Origin: Anaeromyxobacter sp.
GTDB taxonomy: Bacteria > Myxococcota > Myxococcia > Myxococcales > Anaeromyxobacteraceae
Direction: 5' to 3'
Length of the DNA: 64,000 bases
Assembly (NCBI GenBank): GCA_049840735.1
Contig: JASGJN010000022.1
Span: forward strand, 864,001-928,000
The notes under the pieces were generated by a model that worked only from the letters and a program-made list of their open reading frames with translations, was not told where the DNA came from and ran no database searches. Shown in pieces: positions 52,453 to 62,756 of the stretch. Within the stretch, counting starts at the first letter, position 1; each line of letters begins with the position of its first letter. The translations under genes were made by a program, and so were the position numbers.

Positions 52453-55400
52453 ATGAGAATACGGCACGAATTTATGGGGATAAGGTCAACGGTAGGGTTT
52501 GGGTTATTGGCGGCCATCGTTGGTTGTAACGAGTCACCGCGGAACTCGGAGAAGAACGTGACAGCGAGTGAAGCTGCGGTGACGCAGCTGCGATCCTCGA
52601 GCCCTGCGGCGAAGATGACGCTGGCCAAAGGTCGCGTGCAGCGGGTTCATGGTCCAAATCTGGCAACGGGGGCGACGCCGCGTGACAGCAGCGAGCGATT
52701 TCGGTCCAATCACGCTGCGGCGTTCGGAATCGCACCCGAGGATCTGAGCGTCCTTACGCCGAAAACTGCGACCGCACTCGCCGATTCGGGTCTAGGGCTC
52801 ATGTATGACAAAGCCACGGGGCGATATAAGTATCGATTGTATCGCTATGGACAAACCGCCGACGGTTTGCGCGTTGCGGGTGGCGAATTACGCACATTGG
52901 TCCGGGAGGGGGGCCAAAATCCCGTCGTTTGGGCCAAGTCTACCGTTCGGCATTTTCAGACACCCTTCATGGCCCGTCACATCGCGTCTCGCTCTCCAGA
53001 GCTCGACAAGACGCTCGCGGCCGTGCAGCGGGCGTGGCAGCTCCATCCGCGACAAGAACCTGCGCCACGGCAGATTGCCGTGAACGGTCCGGTCGAGCGC
53101 GTCGTTTTTGCTGGCACGGACGCCAAAGCCCGTGAGCCCGTCGCCGCAATCGAGTATCAAGTGACGTCGCGGTCCCCAGAGAGCTCGTGGACGGTGATCG
53201 CCGACGCGCAGTCGGGCGACGTGCTCGATATCGAGAACAACGATGCACTCGAGAACGTGAGCGGGACCATTCGAGGATGGGCTACTCCGGGGTCACGTGC
53301 GATGGACTGCGACGCGGAGCTCCTCACCAATTTGCCCTACGCGCAGGTGACCAACTCGACCTTGGGAACCTTTCACGCCGATGCAATGGGCTCATTCAGC
53401 GTCACCAATTCGGGAACCGAGGCGCTCGTACTGAGCTCTCCGGTGGGTGGGCAGTACTTCGACGTTACAGACTATGCCGGGCAAAACGAGACCTTGTTTC
53501 AGACCGTGGTTCCTCCGGGGCTAGCAGACTTTCTGCACAATCCGCTCAATGCAACCGATGCGCTTCGCGCCCAGTCGAACGCCTACGTGCACGCCAACGA
53601 GGTGCGCGACTTCCTCCTGTCGTTCGTACCGAATTATCCGACGATCTCGACGCAACAGAACTTCCCCATCGTCGTCAATCGGACGGACTCCTACTGTCCT
53701 GGTAACGCCTGGTACAGCAGCGCCGGGCCGTCGATGAACTTTTGCGTTAGCTCCGCGACCTACGGAAATACTGCCTTTGGGAACGTCATCCATCACGAGT
53801 ACGGTCACCACATCGTCAATGCAGGTGGTAGCGGTCAGGGGGCTTATGGCGAAGGCATGGGCGACGTCGTCGCGGTGCTGCTCAGCGACGATCCGGGGCT
53901 GGGTTACGGTTTTTACCTGAACAACTGTACGACGCCCCTTCGTAATGCCGACAACGACTGTCAGTATTCCGCAACGAGCTGTTCATCTTGCGGTTCGGAG
54001 TCCCACGCCTGTGGGCGACTCCTCTCTGGAATCGCGTGGGATATCCGCAACGCTCTCATGGCCGTCGATCCGACGAACTACCGGAACGTCCTTGCGGCTT
54101 TGTTCCTCAATTCTGTGCCAATGCACACGGGTACCGCAATCGACGAAAGTATCGCCGAGGACCTACTCACCCTAGACGACAACGACGGGGACCTGAACAA
54201 CGGCTCTCCCCATTACCAGCAGATCTGCGCGGGATTTGCCGCACATGGGCTCAGCTGTCCTCCGGTTTCCGTTGGGCTCGGAGTCTCCCCAGACACAGAG
54301 GTACATTTCGAAGGGCCCACGGGCGGCCCGTTCACACCCGCGACTTCGACGTTCCAAGTCACCAACTACGGTCCGGATGCGACACTTGCATATTCCGTAC
54401 AAGTGCCGGCCAATGCGTCCTGGTTGACCGTGGCGAATCCCACTGGCGAGATCCCTCTCGGTCAGACCGTCACCGTCACTGCGGCCATCGACCAGGCCGT
54501 GGCGAGCCAGCTGCCGAATGGTGCTTATGACGCCCAACTGAACTTCGTCAACACGACGAACGGGGTGGGCAACGAGGCGCATTCGGTTCGTCTCCAGGTG
54601 GGGCAACCCGCTACGGTCTTTTCGGAGGACTTCTCCACGGGCCTAGGCAAATTCACTCTCGATGGCAGCACCGGAAACTACTGGCACGTGACCTCCGCCT
54701 GCCGCGACTCGCTCACCGGTCATAGCGTGCCCGGGAGTCTCTACTTCGGGAGCGATTCGACGTGCACCTTCGCGTTGGGTGATGTGTCCGGATCGGTGAC
54801 TTCCTCGGAGATCTCGATTCTCGGATACCTCGCTTGCAAAACTGGAATTCAACTACTACCTGGTGACCGAGAACTCGAGCACCTTCGACGTTGCCTCCGC
54901 GCAAATCTCCGTCAACGGTGGAGCCTACCAGGTCGTTGCAAGCAACAACAAGGGCGGTTTCGACCTCGCGGACGGCGTGACGACGTGGCAAAAGGTGTCC
55001 GTAGATCTGTCGACGTTTCTCGGCGGGCTGTCGTCCGCAAAGATCCGCGTGCGATTCTTCTTCGACACCATCGACTCGATTGCGAACGGTTACGCGGGGT
55101 TTTACGTCGACGACGTGGTGGTGTCTGCGATGCCAACCGCTTGTACGAGTGACGCACAATGCGACGATGGGCTCGTCTGCAATGGCGTCGAGCAGTGCAG
55201 TAATGGTGGGTGCGTCGCGGGGACGGCCGTGGTGTGCGACGATGGCATCGGCTGCACCGTGGATGCTTGCAGCGAAACCCTGGGCTGCATTGGCTCCCCC
55301 AACGATGCAGCATGCTCGGACGGGGCCGCCTGTAACGGCAAGGAGACGTGTAGCGCCACGTTGGGCTGCATCGCGGGCGCAGCGCTCGATTGCAACGACG

Positions 55401-56122
55401 GAAGCGTGTGTACGACCGACACCTGTGTGGAGCCCCTCGGCTGTCAACATACTCAGGTGACGTGTAGTGACGGCAATGCGTGCACCGCGGATAGCTGCAA
55501 TGTAACGACGGGTTGTCAGCATACGACGTCAAATTGCAATGACGGCAATGCGTGCACCGTAGATACCTGCGATGTCGTTCAAGGATGTAAGTCGGTCGCC
55601 GTCGATTGCAGCGATGGTGACGCATGTACGACCGACACCTGCGACGTCAACATGGGGTGCGCTCATACGCCGACCTCCTGTGACGATGGCAATCCATGTA
55701 CCGTAGATAGTTGCAATTCGAGTTCGGGTTGTTCCCACGTCGCCGCGGCAAATGGACTGAGTTGCACCGACGACGGTAATCCTTGCACGTCGGACGTTTG
55801 CTCTGCCGGGCTCTGCACTCACCCTGCGAGTGGCACTTGTGGTGCCAATCCTTGCTCCGGATTCTGCCAGAACCCAGTGACGTTTTCGGGAACCTTCCAG
55901 TCCGGCAACCTCGGCACGGGCGCAACCTGTCACGAAACCAAGGGCACCATCAACGGTGGCAATTGCGGTAACTTCGCCAGCGGACGGATCCTGACGGTCA
56001 ATGGGCAGACCATGCCTTGCAACAACGGTAATTGGTCCGCGCTCCCGGCCAGAGTCAATGGCGGCTACTGCGTTCAGACGACGGCCGGTAACTATTCGTG
56101 GGCGTACTTCGTGACTTGGTGA
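52453..56122 (+). CDS. large modular M4/M36-like zinc metalloprotease lipoprotein; frameshift ~54818
   Basis: GGAGG RBS, lipobox IVGC, propeptide (ADAQSGDVL), HEYGHH plus EGMGD, BACON-like and jelly-roll domains, CxDGxxCTxDxC repeats, C-terminal Cys-rich domain. Confidence 0.82.
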
Positions 56123-56181
56123 ACGTCTGTCGATGATTAGAGGCGTTCCACGCGCGAGCTGCGTGCTTGGTCGCCCAGGGT

Positions 56182-56227
56182 AACGCCTTTCGATGGCATG
56201 CGCCGTGTCATCGAAAGGCGTTTTTTT
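56182..56227 (+). terminator. intrinsic terminator
   Basis: AACGCCTTTCGATGGCA-loop-TGTCATCGAAAGGCGTT followed by a T run. Confidence 0.85.
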
Positions 56228-56347
56228 GCAACGACTCAGGACGTCGGCTCGTGCATTCGAGCGAGTCGCGTCGTGGACGCCGAGTTCGGAGTCGTCAGGG
56301 CGTCGAGCCTCAGGTGCACTCCGTGGCGGTGAGCGAACTGGTGCGTT

Positions 56348-57634
56348 CTAGAATAGGACTCGGGCCCACGCCGTCGCAATGACCGAGATCCCACTGACGA
56401 GCGTGATGCGACTTGCAAGGGCGCGCCCCGGCGTCGTTCGTTGCCGTGCCACGACGTGTTTGGTCAAACGCATTGACCACGCCGCACCGACAAAAAAAAG
56501 AACCATGCGGACCGTCGCCCCGGTCGTGTCGGAGGCACCGAGACGACTCAGCACTTCGAATGTCGGGTGACTCAACCCGAGGAATAGTGAGAAGAGACTG
56601 ATGGGCGTGTAGACGTAGCCGAGCTGCACGAATGAATCCGTGGTGCGCGGAGCGTCGAGCAACCAGGCGGCGAGCAGCGTGACGATGCCGAGCGCGGCTA
56701 CCGCCGCAAAAGTCGACGCCAAGAGGAGCGCGACGAGTTTCACCCCGTAAAGTTCGAGTCGCTCCCCGAGGAATACCCCAATCGGAAGTCCAATCGCGCC
56801 GCCGAATAGGAAAATCACCTCGGACAAGAGTGGCTCTGCACTGTCGATGCGGTTGAGCTCCTCACCGGGCGCTCGAAATCCGAGATGAATCGCGTCGTGG
56901 TGACCCGCGCAACGGAAGCACATGAGGCAGGAGCGATTCGTCGTGAGGACTGGCAGGTGGATTCCGACTGGACACGGACCTTTCGTTTCCGACGCGTCGA
57001 CCGCGCAGCGCGCTCGCAAGCGCTGTCGATCGACCGCGAAGTGGAGCGAGCCAAGGCGCGAAAACACGCCAAAGAGAAGGCTTACCGGACAAAGATACCG
57101 GCACCAAGACCAGAGTCGCTGCGAATAGATCCAGGCTGTTGCCGCTGCGGCGAGAGACGAGCCTCCGAGCACGATGAGTTGACCCCGGGCATCCTCGTCC
57201 ACTTCGAGCAGCTGTCCGACGATCGTGATACCGAGGAACGACAGCAGCGGCACACCTCCGAATCGCATCCACTTCGGAACGGGACGGTTGCCGCCTTTCG
57301 GAGCGAGCCACCGAACGATGGTGCCTTCCGGGCAGAGCAAACCGCACCAAATGCGGCCAAACACGACCAGAGAGAGAACGACGAATGGCCACCAGAGTCC
57401 CCAGATGAGGAAACGACTCAAACTCACGAAATCGGACAGGGGCAGTGCGTCTCCCTGCGACGCGGGCAGCATCACGGGAATGACGATGAGGGCCAGGTAG
57501 ATAGCGACCATGCCCCATTGCACGCGGCGAACGAGCGTTGGCCGACGTAGGACCATCTGCTCGAATCGGGCCAGCGGTCCCCGTCCATCGCCTGGCGATT
57601 GCTGGGTCGAGAAGAGATGGAAGTTGAAAGTCAT
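56348..57634 (-). CDS. 4Fe-4S-binding membrane polyferredoxin (FtrD/NapH-like)
   Basis: WGLWWPF, GRIWCGLLCPEG, WCRYLCPV, CPVGI...CLMCFRC, multiple TM segments. Confidence 0.82.
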   Translation of the reverse strand: MTFNFHLFSTQQSPGDGRGPLARFEQMVLRRPTLVRRVQWGMVAIYLALIVIPVMLPASQGDALPLSDFVSLSRFLIWGLWWPFVVLSLVVFGRIWCGLLCPEGTIVRWLAPKGGNRPVPKWMRFGGVPLLSFLGITIVGQLLEVDEDARGQLIVLGGSSLAAAATAWIYSQRLWSWCRYLCPVSLLFGVFSRLGSLHFAVDRQRLRARCAVDASETKGPCPVGIHLPVLTTNRSCLMCFRCAGHHDAIHLGFRAPGEELNRIDSAEPLLSEVIFLFGGAIGLPIGVFLGERLELYGVKLVALLLASTFAAVAALGIVTLLAAWLLDAPRTTDSFVQLGYVYTPISLFSLFLGLSHPTFEVLSRLGASDTTGATVRMVLFFVGAAWSMRLTKHVVARQRTTPGRALASRITLVSGISVIATAWARVLF

Positions 57635-57961
57635 TTTCGCTGGCCCGGCATAACTCAAGGGGCGGACCCTCGCCAGCGGATACTCCTTTCTCGGATCGGC
57701 GAGGCCGGCACCCGACTCGGACGCGCGATTGCGCCGTTTCGAGAGCGCCTGCGCGCCGCCCGTGCGCCGCCCGCCTTTGTCGTCCGGAACCTGGCACTCA
57801 CCAGATGGGCGCGACGTGCATCGAGCGCGTACGCGCGAGGTCGGGAGCCGCGAGCACGCTGATGTTGGTGCGAGCACAGCGAGATTAGCGGTCTAGCTCA
57901 GCGAGCACGTACGCGAGCCGAGGGCAAGAGCGGCTCGCGAATCGGTGCGTTTGCGGCGAGA

Positions 57962-58669
57962 TCAGTGGGCTGGCACAGCCGGCGGGGGATCGCACTTGAG
58001 CACGCCATCCGAATTGGAAATCGAACCAGGCGTGCAGGTCTGGAGCGTCATGGAGCTCGGGGTCGTGCTCGGCGCGCAGGTGCATGTCAACGTGGGCTGC
58101 GGATCGCAGGCCATTGCGCATTGTCCGCAGGACAGTGCATAAGATCCGTTCGGGTATTGGCACGGGCTCGGATCGGCGGGGCCCTTGCTGCAGGTCAAGA
58201 CGCCGCTCTCGTTCGTGAGCTGCGCGCAACCGAGCGGGTTCATACGCAGCGGCTGTTCTTGCTTCTTCCACTGGCCGTCGGGTGAAGCGCATTCGCATTC
58301 CACCGTCACCTGGGCATTGTCGCGGTGCATGACGCAGTTGCGGCAGGAGTTTGCGTAATTGCCTTTAGGCAAGGCCGTGCATGCGAGCGCCCGATCGAGG
58401 ACCGACACGTATCCACAAGGCAGATCGAGCGAGCTTTGCAGGCCCTCGCAGACGCAAGTGAGCCGATTGTTCCTGATCGAGCAAGCCTTACATCGCGAAC
58501 GAAAATCCCCATCTAGAGCGCTCACTCGCGTGGAGCGTTTGGCCTTGGATTCCGCCCGTGCAGCTGTGCGCTCGGCACCGCCAAGCCACCGTCTGACCTT
58601 GCTGCATCCCGCGGTCTGCGTCAGGACTACGCCGACGAACAACCCGAAAAACCACGCGTTTCGACCCAT
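57962..58669 (-). CDS. cyanovirin-N (CVNH)-like repeat lipoprotein
   Basis: Lipobox TAGC; three repeats GDFRSRCKAC, GNYANSCRNC, GSYALSCGQC, each ending in an NxxGxLxC-like motif. Confidence 0.65.
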   Translation of the reverse strand: MGRNAWFFGLFVGVVLTQTAGCSKVRRWLGGAERTAARAESKAKRSTRVSALDGDFRSRCKACSIRNNRLTCVCEGLQSSLDLPCGYVSVLDRALACTALPKGNYANSCRNCVMHRDNAQVTVECECASPDGQWKKQEQPLRMNPLGCAQLTNESGVLTCSKGPADPSPCQYPNGSYALSCGQCAMACDPQPTLTCTCAPSTTPSSMTLQTCTPGSISNSDGVLKCDPPPAVPAH

Positions 58670-59543
58670 TGCGATCTACCGTTTCTCTTGAGTCTCGGCG
58701 ACGGCTTCTCGTCGCGAGACCTAGCGGACCAATCCCGTCGACCGCCCGTACCACAGGTCACTCTTGTCGCAAAGAGCAAAATGGTCACGGTCTGGCAGAT
58801 GCGTGGGCCAGCTCCACTCACGTCGGCCCGTCGACGTTCGTTGCGCTGCGGTGATTCGTGTTCGGGCGTCCAGAGACATTCGTCTGGCGAGGCTGCGGTA
58901 GGGCCTTCTCGATGCGACCGAGCGCGGGGAGTGGAGCCATTCGTTTGGCGTGTTTGCCATCCTGGATTCGAGTGCCGGTTCGTTTGCGGCTCGTCGTCGA
59001 ATTGGATGAAGTGTTCTGGGCCACGGAGAACGTTCCGTGAGGCGATGCTGGTGAGCCACGCCGACTCCTTGCGATTCGTTAAGGCGAGTTGGGGTTATGC
59101 CTCGAACGAGGCGGCCAGGGGCACGCGTCGATAGCGTTCGCGAATCGAACTCTGCGCATGGGGGCTGGTGTGAGCTGCGTGACAACGTTGATTCCTCGGT
59201 TGGCGGCATCGATGGCGTTGGTCTCACGCGCTCCACGGAGGTTCAGCAGACGCGGCGCGGGCGAATTTCGCACCTGACTGCATGTGGCTCGATGTCCGGA
59301 GGATGCACAAACAGTGCAAGCTGCCGTGCTCTGGTGCACAACTTGTGTAACGAACGCCGTGTGGTTCCTGCCAAAACCACATCGGGGTACCTAAATCTGC
59401 AGCTGCTCGTCACGACGGAAGCCAGGCGCGCTCACCCGCTGTATCGTTAGGGCCAACGCGTCGAGTGGGCGATGGTTTGCACACTTGCCGTTGCATCCAG
59501 CGAGCGACATTCGCTCCTTAGGTCAGTGGAGAATCCCAGCGAT

Positions 59544-61430
59544 ATGCGAGAACGAGCCTTGCAACTCTCGAGCCTGTCCACGGTCTTCGTGATGATTCCG
59601 TTCGTCCTGACGGTCGCCTGCAGTGGCAGTGATGGCAATGGAAATGCGCCAGCGTCGAAGGGCGGCGCCGGTGGTCAAGGCGACGGTGGTGCGCCTAACG
59701 GAGGGAGCACGAGCCTCGATACGCACGTTGGCGGCTCGACGACGTTGCAGAGCGGAGGCACGTCGAACGGCGGAAACTCCGGGATGGGGGGTGCCTCATC
59801 CCAAGGTGGAAGCGCCGCAGCCGGCGAGACCGCGCAGGCTGGCACGACCAGCACCGGTGGCACGAGCGCGCAGGGCGGCACGAGCGCGCAGGGCGGCACG
59901 AGCGCGCAGGGCGGTACGAGCGCGCAGGGCGGTACGAGCGCGCAGGGCGGTACGAGCGCGCAGGGCGGCACGAGCGCGCAGGGCGGCACGAGCGCGCAGG
60001 GCGGCACGAGCGCGCAGGGCGGCACGAGCGCGCAGGGCGGCACGACGTCGACCACCACTACCGTCGCTTGTACGACGCCGTCGCCTCGCTTGAGCAATTT
60101 CTTCGAAGACAAAGTAGCGCTTTCGGGACTCACGGTCGTTTCCTACGGCGGCTATCTCAATGGTGAGTCTTTCCAACAGGATGGCATGCTCTCCTTCAAT
60201 GGTTATCAGTATGCCTCCTTCTGGAACACCGATGGCAACGTCGTGCTCGCGAAACGTGTTCTTTCGACCGATCCGACGAAAGTAGACGGTGCATGGCAGA
60301 AGATCGAACCCATCGCCAACAATGGCTATGTGAACACCTCCAACGACGCTCATAATACGATTTCCTTGGGAGTTAGTCCCAAAGACGGAGTGCTGCATCT
60401 CGCCATCGACCATCACATCAGCTCGCTGCACTACCTTACCTCGACGACCGGGCTGGTTACGAATCCCGAAAGCTCCGTATGGGCAGCGTCCAGCTTCTCC
60501 ACCGTAACGAACACGTTGGTTACCGGTGAAACCGTCGATCAGTTGACCTATCCGAGGTTTCTCACGGAGCCTAGCGGCGACAAGATGCTCTTCAGTGCGC
60601 GCATTGGTACCAGCGGTGCCGGCGACGAATACCTCTGGGAGTACGATGCGAATTCCCGAACCTGGAGCGATATGGGCATGTACCTCTGGGGGACGAGTTC
60701 GACGACGAGTTCAGCGAACGCTTACTTACACGGCCTTGCTTACACGAGAGGCGGAACGCGCTTGCATGCGGCCTGGTGTTGGCGTGAAACGCCCGATCCG
60801 ATCACCAATCACGACCTGTATTACGCGTATAGTGATGACAACGGCCGCACGTGGCGTGACAACGCTGGAACGGTCGTTGCCGAAACGGGTAAGTCTTACG
60901 TGACGAAGGACACGGTGAGTGCTCGGGTTTGGAGCATTCCGCAGGATCGAGGGCTCATCAACCAAGAGCACATGGTCGTCGATTCCCTGGGGCGAGTTCA
61001 CGTGCTGCTGTCCCACGTGCCGGACGGAGTGGCCACCACGGTTGGGAACTTCACGACTCAACGCACGCAGAGCCAGTATTTTCACTACATGCGTGACACC
61101 GACGGCACTTGGAAACGGAGTTCCATCGCGAACACTCCCGTTATGTTGAACTTCCGAGGAAAGCTCGCGATTTCCTCGTCGAACAACGTCTACGCCATCT
61201 TGCCTATCCCATCCCCGACGAACTCGGCCGATCCGGCACTGCGGATCTTGGGTGCATCGCCCTGCGACCAATACGCGAAATGGACCGTGTTGACGACGAA
61301 CACGACGCGCGCCTACTTCTCGGATCCGCTCGTCGATACGTCTCGGCTCGCGACGTCCAACGAGCTTACGGTTTACTATCCGCAGAAGTCGTCTCCCAAT
61401 ATTTGGAATCTGGACTGGACTCTCGACTAG
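59544..61430 (+). CDS. BNR_4 beta-propeller lipoprotein, PL42/GH145-like (rhamnose-glucuronate lyase-like)
   Basis: Lipobox TVAC, (GGTSAQ)n linker, NGESFQQD, DAHNTISLG...HLAIDHH, TYPRF, WCWRE, YSDDNGRTW. Confidence 0.78.
   Translation: MRERALQLSSLSTVFVMIPFVLTVACSGSDGNGNAPASKGGAGGQGDGGAPNGGSTSLDTHVGGSTTLQSGGTSNGGNSGMGGASSQGGSAAAGETAQAGTTSTGGTSAQGGTSAQGGTSAQGGTSAQGGTSAQGGTSAQGGTSAQGGTSAQGGTSAQGGTSAQGGTTSTTTTVACTTPSPRLSNFFEDKVALSGLTVVSYGGYLNGESFQQDGMLSFNGYQYASFWNTDGNVVLAKRVLSTDPTKVDGAWQKIEPIANNGYVNTSNDAHNTISLGVSPKDGVLHLAIDHHISSLHYLTSTTGLVTNPESSVWAASSFSTVTNTLVTGETVDQLTYPRFLTEPSGDKMLFSARIGTSGAGDEYLWEYDANSRTWSDMGMYLWGTSSTTSSANAYLHGLAYTRGGTRLHAAWCWRETPDPITNHDLYYAYSDDNGRTWRDNAGTVVAETGKSYVTKDTVSARVWSIPQDRGLINQEHMVVDSLGRVHVLLSHVPDGVATTVGNFTTQRTQSQYFHYMRDTDGTWKRSSIANTPVMLNFRGKLAISSSNNVYAILPIPSPTNSADPALRILGASPCDQYAKWTVLTTNTTRAYFSDPLVDTSRLATSNELTVYYPQKSSPNIWNLDWTLD
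59856..60045 (+). repeat. coding 18-bp tandem repeat encoding GGTSAQ linker
   Basis: GGCGG(C/T)ACGAGCGCGCAG repeated about 10 times in frame. Confidence 0.9.
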
Positions 61431-61607
61431 GTCGCCATTCGACGACGCGGTGGACGCCGTTGGTGGGAGCCGCCGACGGCGTTCGAGCGTCACGCTCCCC
61501 GAGGCAATCGAATGGAGATCGCGCCATCAGTGCCAACGGGGCTCGAGCGCGTTCTAGATGGGCGTAAAAGCGTCGAGGGTGAGCGTCGAGGGGGGAGCAC
61601 CGAGCGT

Positions 61608-62129
61608 TTAGATGGGCGCAGATGGTAAGGTGAGCACCGAACTGCCGCAGTCGTTGGTCTGCGTTCTTCGAACCGACCACAGCCCTGACGGGATCGGCAC
61701 GCCATACTGTGCGTATTCACGCGGGAGTAAGTAAGTCTCGGCGGGCATGCCGTCGGCGAGTTCGATCGCCGTTCTCCGGTAATATGCGGGGTGTTCCTCG
61801 AGTTCGTCGAGACGTCGACGGATGTCGGGCCCCACTTCGAAAACCTCGCCGTGCACCGCCGACTCACCACCGGTGACCATGGCCGGATATTCTCCCAAAT
61901 CGTAGAGCGTGAATTCGGGGCGTGTCTTTGCTCGATGGAGGAACAACGCGCCGTCGAGTAAGCGGTGATTCGTGCCTCCGCGTAGCAGTGTGCCGTAAAC
62001 GAAAATTCGATGAGGCGTCGAGATTGAATGCCTCGGCGCCGTGCCGCAGAGTTCGGAACCTCGACGTTCGTGCCCCTCGGCGGCTCGGAAGCGCGGTGCG
62101 TCGATCGCGAGATCGTCTCGGCGTTTCAT
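61608..62129 (-). CDS. gamma-glutamylcyclotransferase family protein (start uncertain)
   Basis: IFVYGTLLRG, LYDLGEYP, VHGEVFEV, LDELE, YRR. Confidence 0.85.
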   Translation of the reverse strand: MKRRDDLAIDAPRFRAAEGHERRGSELCGTAPRHSISTPHRIFVYGTLLRGGTNHRLLDGALFLHRAKTRPEFTLYDLGEYPAMVTGGESAVHGEVFEVGPDIRRRLDELEEHPAYYRRTAIELADGMPAETYLLPREYAQYGVPIPSGLWSVRRTQTNDCGSSVLTLPSAPI

Positions 62130-62304
62130 CGCGCGAAAGCTGCTGCGGTGTTGGCGTCGAGTCAAGGCTCGACGCTGCGGAATACGTAAGCGCGCTCGAG
62201 TATCCTGGCAGACCTCATCGGGTGCAGCGGCGCGCTCGCTCGCTCGCTTCGGCCGACCAGGGCGATTCGTTTAGCGTTCCCGCGTGTGCCGTGACCACGT
62301 TGGG

Positions 62305-62742
62305 TCAGTCGACGGTCCCGATTCCCTCTCGATTGGGACGCGGGGGTGCGGTGGCGCCGCTCGGTTCGTCCGACGGAATTGCGCAGCCCGTGTGGCACCG
62401 ACGGCATCCACAATCCGCGTCGACCAATTCGCGGCAATTCGATGTTTCTGAATCGGTGACAACGGCGCCTCCGGAAATTTGAAGCGTTCTACCGTGCACC
62501 AGCGCGTCGGCAACTTTCCTGTGCGCAGCTTCGATGATGCGTCCGAAGGTCGACCGCGAGACATTCATGCGTTCCGCGGCGCGTTCCTGATAGAGACCCT
62601 CGAGATCCGCGAGGCGGAGGGCCTCCAGTTCGTCGAGGGTCAGCATGACGAAGTTGTCGCTCTTCGGGGTGCCGTTCGCCGGACAAAAGCAAGTCGCGCC
62701 GGGACGCGCGCGCACTCGACGACAACACTGGGGACGAGGCAT
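62305..62742 (-). CDS. DUF134 (UPF0251) HTH protein
   Basis: MPRPQCCRRV, DELEALRLADLEGLYQERAAERMNVSRSTFGR, RKVADAL. Confidence 0.9.
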   Translation of the reverse strand: MPRPQCCRRVRARPGATCFCPANGTPKSDNFVMLTLDELEALRLADLEGLYQERAAERMNVSRSTFGRIIEAAHRKVADALVHGRTLQISGGAVVTDSETSNCRELVDADCGCRRCHTGCAIPSDEPSGATAPPRPNREGIGTVD

Positions 62743-62756
62743 GCGAAGGCCGTACC

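Noticed and set aside
4810..56122. Widespread pseudogenisation or programmed frameshifting
   Set aside because: Eight genes have only single-base indels with no in-frame stops or decay, mostly in homopolymers or at GATC, and no shared slippery heptamer; sequencing error is more parsimonious
58670..59540. Riboswitch, sRNA or small gene in the long divergent intergenic region
   Set aside because: Only short imperfect palindromes; no motif I can match to a known RNA family and the ORFs lack coding features; needs an Infernal scan
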